NCBI GenBank assembly: GCA_038496445.1
Contig: JALMLS010000376.1
Span: 310,001 to 374,000, forward strand
Length of the DNA stretch: 64,000 nucleotides
From: Trichosphaerium sp. ATCC 40318
Taxonomy: Eukaryota > Protista > Tubulinea
Direction of reading: 5' to 3'
This document shows, piece by piece, positions 27,701 to 39,211 of the stretch (the stretch's first letter is position 1; every line of letters starts with the position of its first letter). The notes beneath the pieces are model-generated. The model did not search any database, had not been told where the DNA came from, and worked only from the letters and a program-made list of their open reading frames with translations. The translations under genes and the position numbers were made by a program.

Positions 27701-30700
27701 AGGCTCTAGAGCGCATGCTTGACCAAATTCAAAGGCCAGATCAAAAAGACTATAATGCATCTGCAGCCAAGAATACAGAACTTTTTACTGAAAGAGAACA
27801 ACTTGCTATCGCTGCAGGATTAGATTCAATGAAAGTTAACTTAGGTCATGGTATCGTAACAAGAAAAAACCTAGATAGGTGAGCTATTTATTGAACAAAA
27901 AGAATTGTTTTGTTAACTACTTTTTTCTCAAGACGAATTCAACGATTGGTTGCTAGTCGAGGCGTATGGGCAAGAACTATGTTAAGTAGACACTGTGAAA
28001 TTGTTTCAACAGAAAAAGGTACAAACTTTGATCACTATTTCTTTAAAACCTGGATGTGTATTGTTTGTCTTACAGTAATATGAAATTGTCAAGTCGACAT
28101 TTTATTGTTCTTATGCAAACTCTTTTTTTTTTGTGTTCTGACTTTGTCTTCCAAAGGAGATGTTACACTCTTGTCCTTACTCATATTTGATGAAAACGTT
28201 AGAAAGTACAGAGAAAGCTATATTGTGAAAACAATAGTATCTACAAACGACAATACACCTGAGTTTAGAGTCAAGCTTCTGAACAGTAAACAACGAACAT
28301 TGCAAGATAGATATTTCCATGGTGATAACGTAGAAGATGTTATGGTAGAAATTACAGCTTCGATTAAGGTTGATGGTTCTGTTTCTACTTTGAAACACGT
28401 GTTTAAAGTAGCTGAAGTGTACCCAAAACTAGTTGCACAGTACGTGCTCTTCACTTTGTTAATTTTGTTTCAAAGAAACAATTTCGCATTTTATTCTTAG
28501 TCTTATACTCTCAAAGGTATCATTGTACACCAAAGACAGACGATCTTGAAAATGCATCAAAAAGATTCTTTGACCCTCTATCATATTCAAGGTAAAAATA
28601 CCAACACAAGCCCTTCTTGCTTGCTTTGTTGTTTTCTGTTCTAACTACTTTAAATAGCTTTTTGGAACTCATTGGAGAAGGCAACACACTACCTGCATAC
28701 TGCTACAATATTGGAGAGAATCAATCCGTTGGATTGCTCTATAATGCCAAAGAATTACTTCATGTACAAGATGGAGGTTCAGATGGTACTTCCTTCTCTT
28801 ACTTCAGGTAAAGTCACAGTTATTAAATATTATCTTTTTAACACGCCCAAGGTTATACTGGCGTCTTGCAGCTAAGAAAGATACCAAGGCTGTTCGTATC
28901 CCTGGTACTTTCCACGACGCGAATTTTGCTCTTCCAATAGCCCCTGACCCATTATCCAATCTCGTGTTATCAAATCTCTTACCAGGACTCATCTCTGAAT
29001 TCGTCACAGGTAAACCTTGGTTTTTTTTTGTTTTGTTTTATTCCACTTGTTTGACTCTTGCTAGGTACTCCGTTTGCACCATTGGGTGAGATTGGTATCT
29101 TATATATTGGATACATTATGATGCACTTGAGGCAGGCCAATCACAGCGGAGTTGATATCGCACGTATCACAGAGATGCTGAGTTCGATGTCTGTTTGGAT
29201 TGACAACCCAAAAACAAATCCAAAAGTTGCAGATTTTCAAGGCATCATTGACAGAATGGTTGAAAAATGTGCTGTGCCAACAAGTGACTCTCCTGGAAAA
29301 TACATACCAGTTAAAGCGTTAATATTCGCTGTACTAGATGATAAACATGCTTCTGATGTTAAGCTAGAAGCTCTTCAAACTGAAACTTGGAGGCGATGTT
29401 TCAAGCTACTCTTAGGTAAAACAAAGGGTACAGCTGCTAAGAACATATCAAAATCACTTGAAGAAGTTCAATTGTTTGCACGTGATTGGGCGTTTGATCT
29501 TGTTCACAAACTCGCACCACTATTTAAGGTTCCTGAGGTACTCATCATATTGTTTGTTATCTTTTGGCTTTTGTACTTATCCTTGTATTAAGGGATACGA
29601 AGATGATCCAGAAGTACCATCTGATATTATTTATGTTGCTGAGAGGATATCACGAATGGTGAATGATCATACTGTTGCGACACCTGAAGATGAAATAATA
29701 GATTTCTTGAACACACCAAAGGTTTTACCTATCGTTATCAAATCTATTACAGACGTCATTCACGAACTAGGCACGCTAGTTTATATAAACCACAACTATA
29801 TTTTCTTACTTTGATATAATAGGTAACAAAGGTTTTGCTCATAACTTTAAATGGAGCTTTATTCAACGGTATTTATTCTGTTGTTGTGGTATGTTTGATA
29901 TGTCTATTACTGATCTCAAGGCTCGATTTGCAAATTACCAAGATACCGATGAGTTTGAAAATATATTGAGAAATCACCTTGCTTCTCTAAAGAATATGAT
30001 GACTTGGGATAATGTTCTGTTTTCTTGGATGGAAAAGGATAATGAAGGTTATGTTCATACGTGCCTTGAAATTCGTGATTCAGACCATCCAGACCAATTA
30101 CTATTGAGAAAAGTTTCCAAAAATATTGTATCAATATTCAACTACAATGACACAAAAGCTCCTGAAACTCGAAAGGTTTTACTCCGCTTGTGGACAATGT
30201 ACAAAAAAGTTCTTTTACAATGATTTTTTTGCTTATACTTTTAGGTACAAGCACGTGCTTAAGTTGAAAAAATGGTCAGGAAATAAATACACAGGCGAGG
30301 GATTGTTATCTATTGATTGGTTGGTTGTCAAAGCTCTTAAAGATTCTTCTGGAAAAATATTGGAGCAACTTTCACAAGCACAAAAATCAGTTTACAGCGC
30401 TGCCATGTCTTGGAAGCGTGATGACTACGCCAAGTGGGGTAAGATACTAATGTTGTTGTATGATACCTTAACAAAGTTTTAGCGCCACCAAAGAAAGAGA
30501 TTAAGCGTATTGAAAACTATACTGGTCGTGCCAGGCAATCAGCTCAAAGACCAACAGGAAAACCTAAGATTTCAGTTGTATTTATTGGAAATGTTGATGC
30601 TGGAAAGTCTACAACATCTGGTCATCTTATTGCCAAGTGCAATGGTATTAGTAAACACCAACTGGCTACCATGGAAAAAGAAGCAGCCAAAATCGGTACA

Positions 30701-32490
30701 AACCCTTGATGATTTGAAGAACTGAAGACAAAAACAAAAGTGTCATTCTAAGTATGACTTAGGTAAAACGTCCTTTAAGTACGCTTGGATTATGGATGGT
30801 CTCAAGGATGAAAGAGAAAGAGGTCTTTCTATTGACTTAGCAGTACGTTTTCGTATATCTATATTAGGTATTTCGTAACAGTTTCTAGCTATGGACTATT
30901 AAGACTGAAAAGTATGATGTCGATTTAATTGATGCTCCTGGCCACAAGGATTTCGTAAAAAATATGGCTTCTGGTGCTAGTCTGGCAGATGCTGCCGTGT
31001 TGTTAGTAGATGCTTCTCCTGGACACTTTGAGGAGGGATTAAAGAAAGATGGTAACATGAAAGGAGAACTTCAAATGGCGTTTACTCTTGGTACGTTTTC
31101 GTTGAAATAGCTTCTTATTATTTTCTTATTTTCACTGTTCAGGTGTAACAAACTTTATTGTTTGTATTAACAAAATGGATACTATTAATTACGATCAAAA
31201 AAGATACCAAGAAGTGCTTACTGAAACAATGAGGTGTATGAAGCGTATCGGTATAAAGGTACCTCGTTGTATCTTCATTCCAGTGTCGTCTTGGGTTGGT
31301 GAAAATCTCACTGTACCTACCACTAAAATGCCTTGGTATAAAGGCTGGTCGGTAAGAACTATTAGTCTATCTAATTGTAGTGTTCCTAAATCAATTGCCT
31401 AGACCACAAAGAGAGGCGGAGATATAGTAAAAGGCAAAACCCTTTTAGAGGTAAGCAACTCTGTCTTGTTCGCTCATTTTTCTTGACAGTTACGCTCACT
31501 CTATGTTAGGCAATCAACTCAATAAACACACACGAACGCGCCATTTCAATGCCTCTCAAGATTCCAATCTTAATGCTGCACAAGATTGGTGGCGTAGGTA
31601 ATAGATTCACATTAACTACTTGTAGCAGCTAAACACGCAAATTAGGAACTGTTGCTGTTGGACGTGTTGCTTCTGGTACACTAAAAGCTGGTGAAGAGAT
31701 TTGTATTTGTCCTCTGGGTGATAAACCATGGAAAGTTGGAGCCATTGAAATTAATCACTCAAATATCTCTGAGGTACATTAAAAACTATCTAAACAACAA
31801 TGTCCTTATATTTTCTTACTTTATTCTTTAGGCTTATCCAGGAGATTTGGTTGGTTTCAATGTTAAAGGTTTAGGGCCTCGTACATATGCTCGTGGTGCT
31901 GTAGCGTATAAACCTTCTGAAGGACCTTTACCCCAAGTAAGAAGGTTTTTAGCCCAAGTTGTTATCGTGTCTCACAGTACGTTCTTAAACATAACTATAA
32001 ATGCTTTATGTTTGTTTTTCTAATACGTTTCCACAGAGAACATCAAAGAAGGTTACCTTCCTTACTTTTTTGCACATACTGCTAGTTTCCCTTGTAAATT
32101 CGCAAAGCTTGTCGCTAGAATAGATAAGAGGACAGGAAAGGTGATTGAGAAAGATCCTAAGAGCCTCAAGACAGGTGACGCTGCTAACGTTATTATGGAG
32201 CCTACAAATGCTCAAGCTTTACAACCTTACAAAGACTTTCCACCACTTGGTACGTCTTTGATTATTATAATGGCTTTTTTGCTTCTTTAAGGGCGCACGT
32301 GCGCCTTAAAATGGAAGTTTTCCGCCTCAAACAACGTAAGTTTATGCTGATTGTGGTTTTTAAAGGGCGGTTTGTTGTTCGTGATCAGAGTGAAGTTGTT
32401 GCATTTGGTTTGGTTCGTGAGATTCTTGAGTTTAAAGAACAAAGAGGCCCAAGGAAGAAGATTAGCACTAAAAGTAAATACTTGAGATAA
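24733..32490 (+). CDS. Large fusion protein: N-terminal helical region + VWA domain (MIDAS) + long unknown region + C-terminal EF-1alpha-like translational GTPase (domains I-III)
   Basis: FFLDISSSM (25923), [17 protein letters not shown] (26565). GTPase motifs GNVDAGKS (30587), [45 protein letters not shown]. Continuous frame across the 44-nt intron 30439-30482. Confidence 0.8.
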
Positions 32491-32571
32491 AAAATTTTCT
32501 TCAAATCATTAATAAAAGGCTAAGATTCTTAAACGTTTACGTCGTTGTTGTTTGGTACAAACGGGAAAGGT

Positions 32572-33084
32572 TTATTGCTCTTTCTTAGGTAGGATCGTGC
32601 AACCTGCTCGTTTAGCCAAGTTTTCTAGCCATACTTGATGGAACTTGACTAATCCTGTACTCCATGCTTCCTTGTTCTCGAAGGCGAACTCTCCTTTTTG
32701 TACTTCCTCTGTTACAATCCTAATGCATTCTTCCTCTTCAATAATAACCCACGCGTGGTAAGCTATTAGTTGAGGACCAACACCGCGCCAAGCGATGGCT
32801 TTGTTTTGTTCAAACTCTTCAATTACACAGGCGGCTTGTAATCCAAATGTCTCCCATAGAAATATGCTTCCATGGCTAAGAGTTGCGTTCTCATCTGCCG
32901 GTTTACCAAAACTTGCTATACTGACATTCTTCGCGTTTTCATACCACTCAGGCCACTTTGTGGCAGCAATCAATGTAGAAAATATTTTTGAAATGTCACC
33001 TTTTACGCAAATGTCATTGTAGGCATAAATAGGAGCAATTGCTGGATTCAGATCCAGTGGCCATTTTATCTTAGAATTTTTCAT
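32572..33084 (-). CDS. SRPBCC/polyketide cyclase-dehydrase-like (START-fold) protein, intronless
   Basis: Single 170-aa ORF with WPEWYENAKNV, FLWETFG, AIAWRG, AYHAW, VTEEVQKG, HQVWLENL. Confidence 0.8.
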   Translation of the reverse strand: MKNSKIKWPLDLNPAIAPIYAYNDICVKGDISKIFSTLIAATKWPEWYENAKNVSIASFGKPADENATLSHGSIFLWETFGLQAACVIEEFEQNKAIAWRGVGPQLIAYHAWVIIEEEECIRIVTEEVQKGEFAFENKEAWSTGLVKFHQVWLENLAKRAGCTILPKKEQ

Positions 33085-33180
33085 TTGAAGCGTGTTCTGG
33101 TGGAAAAACGGTTCGCCATAAAAAAAAAGTCAAATGGCTTCTAATCGCGTAAAATACAGTCAAAGACGTTTACAGCAACA

Positions 33181-35246
33181 ATGGAAGGAAATGTATACGA
33201 AGTAGAGAGTGATATCGAGTTTCAAGCTCTAGTACGCAATAAATAGATGTTTTATTTCTTAAACCATGCGTATAGATTGCTTCAGGTGGTGATAAACTTA
33301 TTGTAGTCGATTTCTTTGCTGTTTGGTGTGGACCGTGTAAATACATCTCTCCAGTGTTCAAACAGCTTAGGTACGATATAAAACCGCGTCTGCGTTAACC
33401 GTTATTAAGCATGGTGTATACTGGCGCTAGATTCCTAAAAGTAGGCAAGTACAAACCCAATAGAAGCCATTAAAGCGTTTTTACATCATTTTAATTATCT
33501 ACGCCTTTCATGGTTCCTCCAAATCGCTTAAAATAGAAGCGAAAAGCTTCATTCTAGCGAAAGAAAGAGTACCAGCCAAAGAGCAAAAAAAACAATACGT
33601 GTCTTACGTTCTCACAATCACTGAACTCGATACAACTTCAAAAACAAATTAAGTTTTTTTTTTCATAGAATTACCATAATTTCCTTCTACATTTATTTTC
33701 ACGTGTTGTTACCCTAATACCTATTTTTTAGATGTTGATAAATTGAAGGTAAAAAAATGTTACATTGATATGTGTTTATCACGTGATAAAAGTGGCAAAA
33801 AATAAACATATTTTTTTAGGCAACGGCACAACAAGAAGGTGTTAGAGCTATGCCTACTTTTGGATTTTATCGCAACGGTATAAAAATACAAGAGTTCTCA
33901 GGAGGAGATGCAGGACGTTTGGAGACACTAATAGGACAACTCTCTGGCGGAGAAGCAGCTAAGCCAAAACCTGCAGGATTAGGGCCATCTCCTTGGAAGT
34001 ACTTTCCTCAAGTAAGTTTCTTGCTCACAACACTCTTTCACTCACGTTGTTAAGCGCTCGTATATCTTGTTTGATGCTGGAAAGCATGAATTAATTTTGA
34101 AGAAACTTAATCAGTTTAACACAGCCCTTGCAGCAGAGGTATATCCTCCTAAACGAGGTATTTTTTAATTGACTTAATCAAACTAGAAATCACCAAATGC
34201 ATTAACTTCTGATGACTTGGCTAACCTTCAGTTGTCGTTAACCACGTACTTGTTCTTTAGATATTATTTTTAAATGGTTGTTAACTGTTTGTTTAGACTG
34301 AGCAAGAAGTCTTATTATCACGTGTCAACTTTCCCTGAAGTAGAACTTGCTGTTTTTAGAAAATTACTTGGATGGCCTTCTGATAAACTATTCCCTTGTA
34401 TGTTTGTTCCCTGGGATTTTATGTATTTAACCACATATAGGTTTGGATTTGTTGAGGCTTCTTATATTACATCCCGAAGGTGCTAAACATCTTGCAGAAA
34501 CCGCTGAGTTGGACATTTTTGAAGTGATATACGGGTAACATTTGTTTTGCTTGTTTTTTTCATAACTTATTGCTGATTTGATTGAAGGCTTCTTGAAGCT
34601 ACTGGATCATCTATGGCAACCTGTTTAATGTGTTGGAGGTTTATTGCAAACTCATATAAATACTCTCCACTCAGAACAATTATACTGAGCAAAATATCGA
34701 GGGTACTAAGAAAAAAACGCCTAAAAGTTCGTTACTAACATTGTTTTTTAACAAAAACGCGTTCATTCAATGAATTTTTTGTAAAACCAATTTTCAAGCC
34801 CTTACCTCACACCTCCTTCCTCCACTTATGTTTCTTTTATAGGTAACTACATTGGTTGATAGTTATTCATCTCATGGGAATAAAAATGTTCGTATTGCTG
34901 TTGCTACATTCCTTCTAAATCATGCTGTCTTTTCGTCCATTGATAGTAAAGACAATAATCTTTTACCTAATGTATTCTCAATGCTTAAAAAAAGTAAAAA
35001 CCCTGAAGTTATTTTCCGCCTGTTAGTTGCTGCAGGAACCACGGTATGTAATCATTTATTTTCATCTTGTGTCCACATCGTGGGCCACATCATCAACACC
35101 AAAGACTTATTGTACTATTACAGGGCTTTGCACGAGAGAATTCAAGACATTTGATCAAAACACAAGCTGTAGATGTATCTCTTCCAAAAGACTGTGAAGA
35201 AAGAAATACTACAGCTCTTTCAGAACTTAAAGACCTTTCTAAATAA
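33181..35246 (+). CDS. Thioredoxin + PUL (PLAA/Ufd3/Lub1) domain protein
   Basis: [31 protein letters not shown]; then YFPQ...[47 protein letters not shown]. Confidence 0.85.
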
Positions 35247-35479
35247 TGAAGAAATGTGCTTTGGGGTTTTTTTTTCTGTTCAAGCAAATCAATAAATAAG
35301 ATAGTCTCATTCTGAACGCATCTTGTATACAATTAATAGTCAACTGCCTAAATAATTTACATAAACGCTGCTGATGCACAGTTTAACATAATTATGATGT
35401 TACACAACAAATTAATTTAATCACTTGATGTAAATAGATATTTTATTTAGTTTTTATGTATTCTTCGTTTACCAAGTCC

Positions 35480-37807
35480 CTATTGGGCCCAGTTTTTAAT
35501 GTACACGCTATCTCTTAGCTTGGCATCTGTAGCACTAAAGAAAGACCATTCCATCCAAGTATCATTAAAAACAGATAGTTCACCAAAACCATAATCTTCA
35601 GCGTATCTAAAGGCTAAAACAAAAAACTTAACAACAAAACTAAACAACAAAACTGGGGTTTTTAATCGCTTTCTAGAGTACTAGACGCAAGTACAACAAA
35701 ATAAACACTTGATATAATTTAGAATAGTACTAGCACGCGCTAAAGAGTACAAGTTTTGAACACTTGTTGAAACAAACATTGAAAAAATTGAAATGTGCAA
35801 AAAAAAACTTCGGAACAAAAAAAATACAAGCAAATGACACGTACCACTCCAGGTTGGTTGTTCCTTAATAAATGAAGATTTGCCTTCAATACTTCCTGCA
35901 TTACCAATAATAATACCAACAGGTGCTTCTGGATTCATACTAGTACCAGCAACTGTATTATTGTACGTAGGATGATTCCTTTCATAACTGAAAAAAAAGG
36001 TGTCAGAAGGTAAAAAAAAAATATGTCACATCAAAATAGCTCCTCACGCAAGTCTTTTTCAAAACGGAAAATATTGTATATAAATATACTGTGGTCGCGT
36101 TTAACAATTTATGTGAATGAGTGGGAAAAATGAAAGTACCTGTGGACGTGACCAGTAAAATACAAGTTGACCTTGTTTTCTTGGAACAAGTCTTCAAACA
36201 GTTGTTGGAGTGTTGCTGAGTTGCTTGGTCCTTCTACAGAGTTGATAGGAATACCATCTTTAGAGAAATCAAGGGATGATGAATATATAGGTCTATGTCC
36301 GATAACTGAGGACGTATTAGCTCAAAACGCAATGTGATCCAAATACAAAAAATGAATGAAAACGTTTTCCAAAGAAAAACTCACCAACAATCCAAGGTCT
36401 CTCTTTTCTGTTCTTTGGTAAGTTTGCCTCTTCCAAGTCTGCTTTTATCCAAGCTACTTCATCACCGTAATCGCCTTCTTTGCCAAAAGGAGCGTCTGGG
36501 AAAGAAGTTTCGGTGCTAGTTTTAAAAGAATCAATAAGTTTAACAATACATCAAGCTTATAATTGTAAGTGTTGTTTCACGAACCTCATGCCAATAAAAT
36601 GAACTTGACCGTAGTCAAATGAATAGTACATACTCTTGCTATCAGAATTACCTAGCTTTTGTTAACAGAGTTCACGTGATAAGTCTACGGAGAAAAGAAC
36701 AAGAAGGAAAAAATCGGGAATCAGTTTCTCCGTACCTGGCATAAAAAATCTCTTGTTGTAGACTGCAAAGTTCCATGTTGCCTTTATCAAGAAAGGATCA
36801 AATGATGCATGTTCGTGGTTACCAGGTACAACCTATTCAAAGTTAAAACATGTAAAAATAAGAACACCTGACTCCAAAGCGTCAAAACATCAAAAAAGCG
36901 GCGTCAGTAATAAATCCAGTTTTCGCTCTACTTTTTCTTGCCCGTCCGTATGGACAAAACAAAGAGCCGGAAGGGCATACGTACCATGTATGGTATCTTT
37001 TCTGTGATAGGTGACATCGATTGAGCCCATGTATTCCATGTTTTCTGGAAAGAAAAGACGTGGTCGTCAGCATACCTATAAACGCTGTTTTAGGATAAAT
37101 GTTTACTTGATAAGGCAGCTCTAGTACTCGACTTCCAGAGACAAGAAACGGAAAAGTTAGTACGTACGCTATGTCTCCTACATGATAAATCCAGTCGTAT
37201 TTGCCTGCTTCTACGTTTTTTGCAAGGCTGGCAATCGTATTTTCGCTGTGATCTATACCCATATCGCCGCATAAGCCTACGGGAGTTAGAAGGAGCGTGA
37301 ATTAGCTTATATTACCGATTCTAAAGGGTTTTGACTCGATTGGCGCTGTTTTAACGCTGAGAACTGTGCTGAAACCACCGTTGGCGTCACCGCAAATGTA
37401 ATAGTATCTACGACATTGTTACGATGAATTTCTAACAGAATTTATCCGAGGCGCGTGTCAACACGTACGTAGTATCAGGTTGTAGTCCATGTAACGTTAC
37501 GAAGTGGTTGTAGCCATAACCTTTTTTCCAGTAGTTTGAGGTGCCATTGGCTGTCGCGTGAAGCGTAGTATCAGATAGACCATATTTTACTGTGCTAGAG
37601 GTTGTGGTATCTAATGTTATTAACTAGAGTCTGAAAGTCTCCAGACCTACCTTCAGTGTACCAACCAATCACCAGAGATGCTGCACTGCCCGTGAAAGCT
37701 GTATGTACATAGCGAACAGCTGTGTCAGCTTTACGTACAGATACTCGCGATGCAGCTACTGTGGCGATTATAAGAATCGCCAATAAAGACGTATGCGCGT
37801 TTATCAT
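35480..37807 (-). CDS. Secreted purple acid phosphatase (metallophosphoesterase)
   Basis: Signal peptide; FN3-like N-domain; GDMG, GDIAY, PGNHE, GHRP, GHVH and GNAG motifs. Confidence 0.92.
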
Positions 37808-38057
37808 AGCTTTTGTAAATGTTTAATAAGTACCACTACAGCAGAAATTTCGCAGTTTTTTAGTGTAGTTTTCGAAAAAAGCTACGGCGCTCTTATTCTG
37901 TGGTTAATGATATGTGGGGTGGTTTGGGTACAATTACTATATTAGCTTTGATTTATTGAACGCAACTTCATTTCCGGAAATAGGTGCCGTGTATAAGCGA
38001 GGTACATTCTATTTTTGACCATAAAAGTTTCTTATTACGATACATACAACACATCCA

Positions 38058-38435
38058 ATGCAAAGCCACCAATTTACATTTACCTTGGAAAAAAATACAA
38101 CCAACATACGCTATACCACTCGTGGCTGGTTCGCTTCACCTTGGACAGACCACAAAGGCAGTAAAGTTAAGAAAACAAAGACTCGTAAAGTATTAAAAGC
38201 TGCAGGCATAGTTCATGACTTGAGAGTGTCTGCAAGGCATTGTTTAAAGAGAAATTCTCGTGGTAGCAGTGTTAACGAATTCTCTGGAATACCAGCTTTG
38301 GAACGAGTTGTAAAACGAAAGAAAGTAAGGGTATTAAAACCTTTGGCAATGCGCCCAAGTGCGCCACTACCAGGGCGAAGCTATAGAAAACAACTGCACT
38401 TTGTTTTAGAAATGTGCCCAACAAACCAAGTGTAG
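38058..38435 (+). CDS. Possible small basic orphan protein (125 aa)
   Basis: Intronless ORF in the otherwise empty gap between the phosphatase and cathepsin genes; no recognisable motif. Confidence 0.3.
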   Translation: MQSHQFTFTLEKNTTNIRYTTRGWFASPWTDHKGSKVKKTKTRKVLKAAGIVHDLRVSARHCLKRNSRGSSVNEFSGIPALERVVKRKKVRVLKPLAMRPSAPLPGRSYRKQLHFVLEMCPTNQV

Positions 38436-39211
38436 GGTATACAAAGCCTTTAAATTGTAGTAATATTGTAAATAAAGAGTAAATTAGAATTGTCACAATG
38501 TTAGTTGGATTGTCTGGTCTTTGGAGGATATTGCGCATATTTAGTAGCTTTCCATTTATGAAACACAAACAGTGAGATGTGAACGAGGCTGTACAAGCTT
38601 TATGAGATGGTTATTGATGTATCTGCGTATTTGAATGCTTTGTGTGGAATAAAAACTAATCCGGTCGTTCACTGTTCGTGTACATTTTAGAACAAAAAGG
38701 CAACAAAAATGGAATGCACACGCTAGTTGTAGGTACGCGCCTATGCATACCTTAGGTGTTTGAAGCAGAATAAGGAGTTAAGCAGGTTGAAAGCAATAAT
38801 TGAGGAATGTGGCGTCGTTATGTCTAAATACGTTGGAATGCTGTTACAGCGTTCTTGTTGTGCAGTGACAATTGTAGTTTTTAGGGATTGCTAGCTGACT
38901 ACATTTTCTCACATACTATTAATTTCATACAATCCAGTTGCGTCTGTTCTTGATCCTTCGAATATAATGTCCCTACCACTGACCCAAAAACAAACTTCAG
39001 CAGTTGTAGATTCCGTAACTCTGAAACAGTCATCACCGTTATCTAAAAAAACATGTGCGTTATCTGGTGTTTGTTTTGTCAAAACTTAGATTTACATCGT
39101 CGCTGCAGCTTTTTGAAAGTTGTAAAACAAAAGCAATAATCGAAACATGGTAGAGATATTTTAACAAAGTAAACTTTATTGTTATTTACACTTTAGAAAG
39201 CGTTATACAAC

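Noticed and set aside
30587-30610. GNVDAGKS suggests GTPBP1/2
   Set aside because: The rest of the domain ([40 protein letters not shown]) is EF-1alpha-like.
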